NCBI GenBank assembly: GCA_964445695.1
Contig: CAYULF010000028.1
Location: 7,103 to 71,102 of the forward strand
Direction: 5' to 3'
Source: an uncultured Hyphomicrobiales bacterium
Lineage (GTDB): Bacteria > Bacteroidota > Ignavibacteria > Kapaibacteriales > UBA7675
DNA length: 64,000 bases
Shown piece after piece: positions 17,213 to 25,561 of this stretch (positions within the stretch are counted from its first letter, which is position 1; the number at the start of each line of letters is the position of its first letter). The notes beneath the pieces are model-generated. The model did not search any database. It was not told the origin of the DNA and saw nothing but the letters and a program-made list of their open reading frames with translations. The position numbers and the translations under genes were made by a program.

Positions 17213-18697
17213 TCACTCAATAAGGGTGATTGCAACGCGGCGGTTACGTTTCCGACCTTCTTCTGTAATGTTGTTGGCGATCGGAGAACGTGCGCCAAGA
17301 CCAGAGCGGTAGAGTCGATTCGGGTTGATACCTTTTCGTTGAAGGTAATTGTAAACGTGGTTCGCACGCAACTCAGACACCCGCTGCGTTTCTTCGGGCG
17401 TTCCAAAGTTGTCCGTGTACCCTGCAATTTGAACTTCAACCGAAGGATTCTGATTCAAGAAATTGACCACGGCATCAAGGTAGTCATAGGATTCCCCTGT
17501 CAGGTCGGTGCTGAGTGCACCGCCATCAACTCCGAGAATGAATTCTTCATTGAGTCCGGCTAGCTGGATCGCAGGACGCCGCGGACGCGGAGTTCTCACC
17601 TCTGCACTGGCGACGGTAGGCGGCTCGACTGTCACCGAGTCTATGATCGGCGCTTCCGGAACAGGCCGTTGAATGATGTCCAAAGCTGCAACGGCGATCC
17701 TTTCACTCGGCTGAATGGACGGGATTTCATAGTCAAAGCGGTTGGTCAGGGTTGCCAGGTAAACCGTCGGTTCCAGATAGGTTGGGTCATAGCGCCGCAG
17801 AATCCGCGTTTCGCTGTTGAGTGCGACCTTCAGTTCCAATCCAAGTCGCATAAAGCCCAGGTTTAGATCGGAGTTGAGGTTGTTCGTCACTTCCGTGCCG
17901 TAATGCAGGCTGAGAAACGGAGCAAAACGGACCCGCGCACTTTGTGCCACTTCCAGCATCAGCACTTCGTAGGCGGCGCCCACTTGTATCCCCATGCGAA
18001 AACCGTGAACGTCCAATTGGACCGCACGGCGCTCGCGGATCAACGCTGTTGAGTCAACCGTCGGAACAACCACGGCTTCCGATCCGGTATTGAGCTCAAA
18101 ATCAAGTCCGCCAAAAACGTACAGCCCACCTACCACGTCCATTCGGGCAGATGGCGAGATTGTCAGATAATTAAATCGCGTCTCTCCTTCGTACTCAGCC
18201 AGCACGGATTGATTCTCCAGCGATTCAAAAGCTCCGTCGCGGACGTCAAACAGCGCAACATGTAGCCTCAGGCCCCAGCCCCACTCGGGTGGATTCCACT
18301 CTGCCATCCCACCGATGAAATATCCAAGCGAGGATCCGGAACCGAAATGTCGCCCGAGATTGCGAAGTTGCGCAGAGCGACTTAGCGCCAGATTCAGATC
18401 GCCGAGATAGGTGCCGAGGTTAGGACCGCCGAACACACCAAACCAGAAGTCGCCATAGCCGGAAGTTATTATCAAAGTGTCTTTGTTGTCGAGTACATCC
18501 ATGCGCGTGGCTGCGCCCACCAGTTGACGATCGGTGCTGACGTCATCAACTGAAAACTCCAGATCAGGCTGATCGTCGGCGGACGAAGATTCCGGGCCGT
18601 CGTTTTGCACTGCGAGCAGATGCAGGGGCAAACCTGCAAACAGGCACACAAGCAACAACAATTCTGGAATTCGACGCCGGACCATCGCGAAACACAC
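17213..18697 (-). CDS. OmpA-family outer-membrane protein (N-terminal beta-barrel, Pro-rich linker, C-terminal peptidoglycan-binding OmpA_C domain)
   Basis: Signal peptide; alternating aromatic beta-strands (FWFGVFGG, GYFIGGMAEW, MGIQVGAAYE); C-terminal IAGYTDN.G...N/S..LSELRA..V..YL...G...GLGARSPIANN..EEGRKRNRRV. Confidence 0.9.
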   Translation of the reverse strand: MCFAMVRRRIPELLLLVCLFAGLPLHLLAVQNDGPESSSADDQPDLEFSVDDVSTDRQLVGAATRMDVLDNKDTLIITSGYGDFWFGVFGGPNLGTYLGDLNLALSRSAQLRNLGRHFGSGSSLGYFIGGMAEWNPPEWGWGLRLHVALFDVRDGAFESLENQSVLAEYEGETRFNYLTISPSARMDVVGGLYVFGGLDFELNTGSEAVVVPTVDSTALIRERRAVQLDVHGFRMGIQVGAAYEVLMLEVAQSARVRFAPFLSLHYGTEVTNNLNSDLNLGFMRLGLELKVALNSETRILRRYDPTYLEPTVYLATLTNRFDYEIPSIQPSERIAVAALDIIQRPVPEAPIIDSVTVEPPTVASAEVRTPRPRRPAIQLAGLNEEFILGVDGGALSTDLTGESYDYLDAVVNFLNQNPSVEVQIAGYTDNFGTPEETQRVSELRANHVYNYLQRKGINPNRLYRSGLGARSPIANNITEEGRKRNRRVAITLIE

Positions 18698-20002
18698 TTA
18701 TCTGATTAGTTGAAGTTTGACGTCGGCCGTTGAAATCAAAACGGCCGGATCATCAACCGGGTATGCGGTGAACCGCACATTATATAGCCCTTGCGAGCTG
18801 AGACGCGCCGCCTCGAATCTGATCTCATAACGCCCGATCGGAGTAATCTGGCGGTCGATCAGCGTTTCAACTTCACGTCCATTGAAATCGTAAACTTTTG
18901 CCGTCAAAATTACGCGGTCGTCGACAGCATACTGAATAGTCGTCTGACGAGAAAATGGATTTGGATTTGCCTGTGCGGAACTGATGACCGAGCTCGGAAC
19001 GTACACACGCGTTTCGGCCAGATAAACCAGGCTGCCGTCAAAGTGATGATAGTACAGTCTATAAACGTACTCTTCTTCACGAAATTCAACCGTATCGCGT
19101 GTCGAGTAGTCAAGAGGCGTCAGACTCAGGCCGGGACTGTTCAGATCGGCGCGACGACAGTCCGGATCTTCAGCCGGATAAAGTTCATGGCAGGCAATCG
19201 TGTCAACAAAATCCAGTTCATCCCCCAGCTGTCCAATCGGCCTGATGCCACGCACGATAACAAAACCACGATTGGCATATTCGGATTCGGTTCGCCAGAA
19301 CAGTCTCACCTTGCGATCGCCCAGATACTCGCCATAGAAATCTACCAGCAGGAAAGGGGGCAAATCGATGTCGCGAACCTCATAGGAGGTGGCATAATCC
19401 CCGACAAGCATCGCGACGTTATCATCGGAAAAGAAAAAAGGCGCACGGTCATCAAAAATCTTGAACGCCGTGGCCTGAAATTTTGTCAGCGGCTGCACCC
19501 AGTCCATGCTGAGCGGCAGAAAGCCCGGCTCGGGAATAGAAACCCGAAAGCGACCAACCCGAATACTGTCATCAACAGCAACCGGAATACAATCGCCGAA
19601 ATTGCGGGGTCCCAGAACGCCGATACTCATGCGTCCCGGGAAGGTATTGTGAATGATTTCGTATTGGGCGGCAGGCAAATCGGAGAATCCCGGGAGCAAT
19701 TCCACTGAACATTCTTCCATTGCGATGCCGGGAAATTCCAGTTGGAATGTTCCATTTGCCCACATGAGCCATTCGTTGTCCGAGATATTTAGTACCCAGA
19801 CATCCAGGTCTACCGCATTGGGTTTGGGCTGCGCCACCAACACGGCGGAAACATGAGCAATCGTGTCCTGCTCATTTTGTGCAGAAGCCCTTTCTGGCAG
19901 TACAAGACATAGGACTGCGCAGGCAAGCGCCAGCAGAACCGCGTGCCGGCGGATTAGTACCGGCAGAAGTCGATGAAATTTGTGTGGGCGGGTTGTCTTC
20001 AT
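18698..20002 (-). CDS. Secreted protein (~434 aa): putative cohesin-like beta-sandwich + PVEL-type Ig module + T9SS type-A CTD
   Basis: Start re-set to MKTTRPHK at 20002 because the longer ORF overlaps the upstream gene. Signal peptide ends PERASA-Q. LLVDFYGE...VRLFWRTESEYANRGF module; ANPNPFSRQTTIQY...KVYDFNGREVETL...GRYEIRFEA...GLYNVRF CTD. The cohesin-like assignment is inference. Confidence 0.85.
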   Translation of the reverse strand: MKTTRPHKFHRLLPVLIRRHAVLLALACAVLCLVLPERASAQNEQDTIAHVSAVLVAQPKPNAVDLDVWVLNISDNEWLMWANGTFQLEFPGIAMEECSVELLPGFSDLPAAQYEIIHNTFPGRMSIGVLGPRNFGDCIPVAVDDSIRVGRFRVSIPEPGFLPLSMDWVQPLTKFQATAFKIFDDRAPFFFSDDNVAMLVGDYATSYEVRDIDLPPFLLVDFYGEYLGDRKVRLFWRTESEYANRGFVIVRGIRPIGQLGDELDFVDTIACHELYPAEDPDCRRADLNSPGLSLTPLDYSTRDTVEFREEEYVYRLYYHHFDGSLVYLAETRVYVPSSVISSAQANPNPFSRQTTIQYAVDDRVILTAKVYDFNGREVETLIDRQITPIGRYEIRFEAARLSSQGLYNVRFTAYPVDDPAVLISTADVKLQLIR

Positions 20003-20021
20003 ATCAGGCCATGCTCCCGGA

Positions 20022-22115
20022 TTATCGCGCAAAGGATTCCTTTTCGCGGTTGTTCCAGGAAACATTCGCATCTCGCGTTGTCACTATGCCGTTCATGTCG
20101 GTGTCGGGGTTGATATATCCCTCCGCATCGTGATTTAGCCAGGTTGCCGTAGCCGAAGAATCATAGTCTCTATCGTCAATCAAACCGTCGCCATTGGTAT
20201 CACCGCCGATCATAGCGTAATATTGACGTCCGGTTTCACTTTCATCAACAAGGTTGACGGCGTTGCTGCCGCCCAGCAGCAAAGCTGCACGCGTAAAATC
20301 AAAAGTGTGAATTTCCGGCGTCAGCATCTGTTGGTCCCGCGTTACCACGGCAAGGTGATTGCGATGGTGGACAACGATGTAGTAAGTGCCGGAATCGATC
20401 TTGATCTGAGTCTGGCCGTCACGATAGTCGACGATATTGCCGTCCCATGTGATCAGGCCGGTGCGGAAGCGGGATTCTCCGCCGCTCAACAACGTGCGGA
20501 ACTCCACCACGACCCAGTCAACAATTTCTTTGCGGCGGTCACCCAATTCTCCCATGGCAATAAACTGCCGGTTGGGATCGAGGCTGTAGGGATACATTGC
20601 CGGAGGAGAATCCGGCAGGAAGCCGCCTTCAGACAGATCCGCAGCCATACGACCATTGCGGTACGGACCTTCCATGAGAATGCGAATGTCGACAAGTGCA
20701 TTGGGCAGCAGTTCACCAATGCCGACTGCATAAAAACCGGAGCGTTGCAGATTTGCTACGCTGCCTTTGGCCCAGTTTCCGTCTATCTCAATTGTCTCAC
20801 GTGGTTCGGCCACGTTTTGCCAGGCATCAACGGTACTGTACTGCAGCTGAACATCAAAGGTGTCCAGACCGTTTAACTCATCCGTTTGATCCAGACGAAA
20901 CGCATAACCGAATTCGGCGTTAAAACCATCCTGCACAATTTCGCCGCCTTCATCTTCTGCCGTTACGGTAATGGATCGGAGAACTTTGTCTTCCGTGTCT
21001 ACCGTCAGCGGCAACGGGATAGTATCGGGCAACACTCGCACCGTCATGGCAGTCATTCCACCAAGACTTTGCTCATCGTCAAAAGCGGCATAGGTGTGTT
21101 TGTTGTTAAACACATTTTGCACTCCGCCCGCAGCCAGTCTCGTCCGCCGCACTGAACCGCGGACCTCAACATCGTCATTTCCGAATTCGGGATTTTCGAT
21201 GCTCGCATGTGTCAACACATGCTGTTCCTGACCAGGATCCGTATCGACATTGCTGCCAAGATATAATGTGTCGTTGACCGTCACGGACTGATTGAGAACC
21301 AATCCTTCCGTGGTTTCAAGCCGCAGATTCTGCAGCGTGTTGTCATCCACCGGAAGTTCCGCTCCGGAGAACATCTTCCCATCACCGATGTAGGTGACGG
21401 AAACATTTTCGCCAAACAGCGGAGCTTCGGCCAATTCGGATGCAACACTTCTTACTATCAACGCCGAGTCGCCAAGAGTAAAGTTGTTCGCCACATCGTT
21501 GCGGAACATACCGCGCAACAATTCCAGCCGACGGTTAACACTGAATCCACCACCGTTAACAACATCAGAACCAGCAGCATTGTCAAGTGCAAGAACTTTG
21601 AAACTTCCGCTGCCGTCAATCGCCTGTGCCTGAGTACCCTGCATCACAACTCGACCGTGCAGGAAATCGCGATTAATTATACCGTTGTGTTTAACACGAC
21701 CATGAGTTACAACTTCAGCGCCTTCACGCATGACGATTTGCACTTCACCTGAGGCGGTAACAAATGTGTCGAGCGTTACGATGGTATCAAGTGCTTCAAG
21801 TCGTTTAAGTCCACGGCCACTGAATTCGAGATTCTGGTAAACTATCTGGGGAACAAACTGCGATTGCGATTGGTCGTCGCCGTCATAAATAACGTGGCCG
21901 TCGATGGTGTCTTGTTGAAACGATGCCGCGGCACTGATGAAGAGACTGCCGGGATTGGTAATTCTTCCCTGGCTGCTTTCCGCTACGCTCGTTTCAATCT
22001 TGCCTGCGTTGTAAATCTGACCGGCATTCTTCATGGATCCACCTGTCCTGCCGAGCGCGATACCGGGCAGGATTGCTGAAAGGAGAACCGTCAATATGAG
22101 AATGCGCTGTTTCAC
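20022..22115 (-). CDS. Secreted beta-solenoid-type protein (~697 aa) with C-terminal EGPY...HRNHL module ending in dockerin-like duplicated Ca-binding loops
   Basis: Probable GTG start (VKQRILILTVLLSAILPGIALG signal). Shares the EVRGSVRR..FNN..V.P..KVLRSITV block with 22321-24603. The C-terminus has GDTNGDGLIDDRD and PDTDMNGIVTTRD. Confidence 0.88.
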   Translation of the reverse strand: MKQRILILTVLLSAILPGIALGRTGGSMKNAGQIYNAGKIETSVAESSQGRITNPGSLFISAAASFQQDTIDGHVIYDGDDQSQSQFVPQIVYQNLEFSGRGLKRLEALDTIVTLDTFVTASGEVQIVMREGAEVVTHGRVKHNGIINRDFLHGRVVMQGTQAQAIDGSGSFKVLALDNAAGSDVVNGGGFSVNRRLELLRGMFRNDVANNFTLGDSALIVRSVASELAEAPLFGENVSVTYIGDGKMFSGAELPVDDNTLQNLRLETTEGLVLNQSVTVNDTLYLGSNVDTDPGQEQHVLTHASIENPEFGNDDVEVRGSVRRTRLAAGGVQNVFNNKHTYAAFDDEQSLGGMTAMTVRVLPDTIPLPLTVDTEDKVLRSITVTAEDEGGEIVQDGFNAEFGYAFRLDQTDELNGLDTFDVQLQYSTVDAWQNVAEPRETIEIDGNWAKGSVANLQRSGFYAVGIGELLPNALVDIRILMEGPYRNGRMAADLSEGGFLPDSPPAMYPYSLDPNRQFIAMGELGDRRKEIVDWVVVEFRTLLSGGESRFRTGLITWDGNIVDYRDGQTQIKIDSGTYYIVVHHRNHLAVVTRDQQMLTPEIHTFDFTRAALLLGGSNAVNLVDESETGRQYYAMIGGDTNGDGLIDDRDYDSSATATWLNHDAEGYINPDTDMNGIVTTRDANVSWNNREKESFAR

Positions 22116-22230
22116 GTGTCTACGTTCTACTTCCCTGTTGGCGGAAAGGAAACCTGCTTGTTTAAGCGGAGTGACTTCAACCGTAAGCCTGCGTGCGTCA
22201 CTCACTTGCGTTGACAGCCTGTCTTTCTCC

Positions 22231-22265
22231 GGAGTACCGGTCGGGCTGTTCGCCCGACCGGTTCC
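22231..22265 (-). promoter_or_regulatory. Strong intergenic stem-loop without U-tract (mRNA-stabilising or attenuating element)
   Basis: Perfect 11-bp stem ACCGGTCGGGC-tgttc-GCCCGACCGGT (22236-22262), extendable by GGA/TCC. No T-run follows on the minus strand. Confidence 0.65.
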
Positions 22266-22320
22266 GAATCATGCTGTCTTTCCTGTCAAATCACAGAACC
22301 CATGGACGGATTCAAACTGA

Positions 22321-24603
22321 TTAGTCACAAACGCGGAGCGTACCGCCGTTGGCGATATAACCGGTGTTGTCGATCGAGTTGGCCTGGAAGTGACCAAGGT
22401 TGCTGCCGATATTACCGAAGTTGATGAAACCGGGGTAATCGATGGCATCGCCTTGCGTCGTCGTCAAAACTGCTTCCGTCGGAGCCGTCGTTGCGCCGAG
22501 ACCCGAAGCGTTCGTCAGCAGACCACCGGTGGCAAGCTGCCACGCAACCGTACCGTCCGTCTCATCGGCGGCGCCTGCGGCGTCATAACCGATAAGCAGA
22601 CCACCACCATCTTCGACCGTCACGTTGACTGCCAGAGCGTCGTCACGCGTGTTGTCGCCGCCCTGCGAATAACCCTCTTCAATCTGACCACCGATCGGGC
22701 CGGCAATCAGACCGTCAATACCGTCACGACGATAACCGACGTGAACCGTAAAGCCGTTGGGGATGATGACGTTGTCATACTCGTGCGGTTCCAGACCCTC
22801 GTCCCAGGTGCCCGGGTTCGACCAGCGACCGTCGGCAATAGCGTAGAAGGTCGTCGGTCCGCCACGCAGCAGCAGGTCGTTGGTTGCGTAGAATTCGCTG
22901 ATGGCGTTGCCCGGCATGGCAACCGCCGTAGCGTCGATACCTGCCAATTGCACATAGCGGAGCTGGTTGGCATTGTCGCGCGAAGGCGCATTACCCGTAG
23001 CAACTTTCTGCTCGTTCGTACCGTCGGCCTCGAAAAAGCGAAGCTGGTCTTCCGTCGTAACCGGCGAAGCACCACCCCAGCCGGCGCCCTGCTCGCCATC
23101 CTGCCAACCGGCGCGAATGGTAGCAGTCCAGGTGTCGTCGTCGAAGTCAAGCGTAATTTTACGATTTACGTCCGTCGAGGCGTCGTAGTTGTTCGGCGCG
23201 GTACCAGGCTGAACATTCATCTCGAAGTAGCCTGTGTACGGGTTGTTCGTGAACGTTACTTGCGATTCGGCGTTGTTGAATGTGTAAGGACCGGCGACAC
23301 CAGCGTCAACCGAACGACGCATGGCGCCTACAACTTCGGTATAGTTCGTGGCATCGTAATCGGCCGTTGCGTTGGGGTCCGTCATGAACAGCGTATTGGC
23401 GCCCATGTCCAGGTTGCCGCCTGCACCATCGGTAACACCGACGTCCAGGTTGTTGCTCATGTAAACATCGCCGCCGGCATCTTTCACACCGTTATCCGTG
23501 CTCAGGTTGCCATAGGGATTGGAAGCGACCGTCTGCATAACAACCTGGTTAGCCGCACCGCTGAACACAACCGTCGAAGCATCGTCGAAGTTGGCGTTCA
23601 CACCGGCGGCGTGGTTATTCGTCAGGCTGCCCGTCACAACCACGGTAGCGTTTTGCTCCAGATTGATCGTCGCGGTAGCCAGGTTGGCAAGCGTCATCGT
23701 GCCGGAGACCGTCACGTCGCCTGTACCGTCGCGGACAAAGAAATCACCATCGTTAACGTCGACGGTATTCGAAAATTCATTGGTCGCACCGGCGCCGGCA
23801 ATGTCAAGCAGACCGCCGTTGTCGATGGTAACCGTACCGGCAAATGTACCGTTGCCCGTTCCGGTCGTAAACTGACCGTCGGAGGCGCCGCCACCCGTGG
23901 CGTCGACCAACAGAGGCGCCGCGGCGTCCTGCGTAACTTCGTCGCCGACCGTCAGGCTACCGAGAACTTCAAAGCCGCCTGTGTTGCTGGCCAGCATAAC
24001 GAGATCGCCGTCGATCGTCGTTTCGTCGCCTGCTTGCAGCGTTTTGGTACCGGCCTCGCCCAACTGAAGATTGTTGTAGCGGTTTGTGCCGGCTGCCACG
24101 CCGACCTCAGCAAAGATGTTCTGTGCGAGCGAACCATCGTACGTGAACGTTCCGTTGTACGTACGGTTCGCGCCGCCGGCTGTGTAAACTTCGCTGACAA
24201 AAATTCCATCGGAGATGGTCTTCAGCGAGGCATCTTCAACCGTCAGGTTCTCGTAGTAGCGCCCCTGAACAGTTTGTGTACCGGCCGCTGCGGTCCAGAT
24301 CACTTCGTAAGGAATGCGCGTTCCGGCGGTTTCACCGGGCGTCAGTGCATCCACGAATACGCCGTTCTGGTCGGTGAAACGGTTGTCAATGCCTTCAAAG
24401 GTCACAGTACCGTCACCATTGAGTGCGGCGCCGGCGCCACCGCTCTGAAATTCACCGGCAGTCGTACAAAACACAATGTCGCCGATATTGTTTATCGTAC
24501 CGCCGTCATTGTTCAGATTCTGCGCAACAGCACCTGCTCCGGCGACCACGAGACCACAGGAGGTCGCAAGGGCAAGGCGCTTCAATTTGTGCTTAATCCG
24601 CAT
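22321..24603 (-). CDS. Secreted acidic Gly/Asn/Thr-rich beta-solenoid-type protein (760 aa), strongly codon-optimised; candidate major filament subunit
   Basis: Signal peptide MRIKHKLKRLALATSCGLVVAGAGAVA-Q. One FYAIADGRWSNPGTW..P..DNVII motif shared with the giant protein. Only two Cys in the mature chain. No T9SS CTD. Confidence 0.9.
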   Translation of the reverse strand: MRIKHKLKRLALATSCGLVVAGAGAVAQNLNNDGGTINNIGDIVFCTTAGEFQSGGAGAALNGDGTVTFEGIDNRFTDQNGVFVDALTPGETAGTRIPYEVIWTAAAGTQTVQGRYYENLTVEDASLKTISDGIFVSEVYTAGGANRTYNGTFTYDGSLAQNIFAEVGVAAGTNRYNNLQLGEAGTKTLQAGDETTIDGDLVMLASNTGGFEVLGSLTVGDEVTQDAAAPLLVDATGGGASDGQFTTGTGNGTFAGTVTIDNGGLLDIAGAGATNEFSNTVDVNDGDFFVRDGTGDVTVSGTMTLANLATATINLEQNATVVVTGSLTNNHAAGVNANFDDASTVVFSGAANQVVMQTVASNPYGNLSTDNGVKDAGGDVYMSNNLDVGVTDGAGGNLDMGANTLFMTDPNATADYDATNYTEVVGAMRRSVDAGVAGPYTFNNAESQVTFTNNPYTGYFEMNVQPGTAPNNYDASTDVNRKITLDFDDDTWTATIRAGWQDGEQGAGWGGASPVTTEDQLRFFEADGTNEQKVATGNAPSRDNANQLRYVQLAGIDATAVAMPGNAISEFYATNDLLLRGGPTTFYAIADGRWSNPGTWDEGLEPHEYDNVIIPNGFTVHVGYRRDGIDGLIAGPIGGQIEEGYSQGGDNTRDDALAVNVTVEDGGGLLIGYDAAGAADETDGTVAWQLATGGLLTNASGLGATTAPTEAVLTTTQGDAIDYPGFINFGNIGSNLGHFQANSIDNTGYIANGGTLRVCD

Positions 24604-24763
24604 GTTGATTTGTCCTTGATTGATGAAGGAATACAGCATGAATTGATTGAATTATGTGTTGTAATGTTTTTCGAGAGAACTGATTCTGTGCCAGAAAAGC
24701 GCTGGAATACGACGAGATGCCCAGGCTGTACTACAAACATAGCCCAGAAGCAAGCTTCAGTTC

Positions 24764-24783
24764 AATCCGTAGAACTACGTATT
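24764..24783. promoter_or_regulatory. 9-2-9 inverted repeat AATCCGTAG-AA-CTACGTATT (candidate NarL-family operator)
   Basis: Imperfect palindrome; 24761-24783 matches 41979-42001 at 22/23 nt. Confidence 0.7.
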
Positions 24784-24856
24784 TTGAGGAGGGAGAGCCA
24801 AGCAAGTACGACTGATTTTTCGTGCCATTAAATCAGAAGTGACGAAAACGTAAACG

Positions 24857-25498
24857 TCAGGGCAGATTCAATAGTGCAAATCTGATCAATCCGGCGACGT
24901 TCTTGATTTGCAGCTTTTGCATGAGGTTAGTGCGGTGAGCCTCGACTGTGCGCGGACTGATGAACAGTTCTTCAGCGATTTCCTTACTGGTCAAGCCCTT
25001 TGATATCAACTTCAGAATTTCCTGTTCGCGGTCTGACAGGTATATATTGACATTGGCAATGCTGAACTCATCACTGAAGTATGGAACTTCGTTGGGATTG
25101 GCCATTATCTTCAAAATTGACGAGCTGAAAACGCGCTGACCACGCACCACGGCATGCAGCGCATCAATCAATTCCTGACGGCCAACTTCTTTTGACAGGT
25201 ATCCGTTGGCCCCGGCGGACATGGCCTTGGTCAAGTGAAAATTGTCTTCGAGCGACGTCAACATGATGATTCGAATGCTCTTGTCGTACTCCTTCAGCTC
25301 CAGGACTGCTTCAATTCCGGTCTTTTCCGGCATCAGGATATCGATCAGTGCCGCATCGGGGTGGAGTTCTTTGACGAGCCGGACAGCATTGTTACCATCG
25401 GGCGCTTCGCCGACAATCTCAATGTCGTTTTCAGACTTCAGCAGCGTTTTCAATCCGAGCCGAAATACTTCATGATCATCTGCGATGACTATACGCAT
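24857..25498 (-). CDS. NarL/FixJ-family response regulator (REC + LuxR HTH)
   Basis: IADDH, LIDILMPEKTG, GANGYLSK, LSDREQEILKLI.KG.TSKEIAEELFISPRTVEAHRTNLMQKL; lies 63 bp downstream of the giant gene. Confidence 0.95.
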   Translation of the reverse strand: MRIVIADDHEVFRLGLKTLLKSENDIEIVGEAPDGNNAVRLVKELHPDAALIDILMPEKTGIEAVLELKEYDKSIRIIMLTSLEDNFHLTKAMSAGANGYLSKEVGRQELIDALHAVVRGQRVFSSSILKIMANPNEVPYFSDEFSIANVNIYLSDREQEILKLISKGLTSKEIAEELFISPRTVEAHRTNLMQKLQIKNVAGLIRFALLNLP

Positions 25499-25561
25499 GG
25501 TCGTAGGTGACAGGAGTGAAACAAGGTGCGGCTGCCGATTTCCCCTGGGCAGAAGCGCTCG

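Noticed and set aside
22390-24831. 813-aa plus-strand ORF antisense to the 760-aa gene
   Set aside because: Same shadow-ORF effect of strong codon bias; no recognisable domain.
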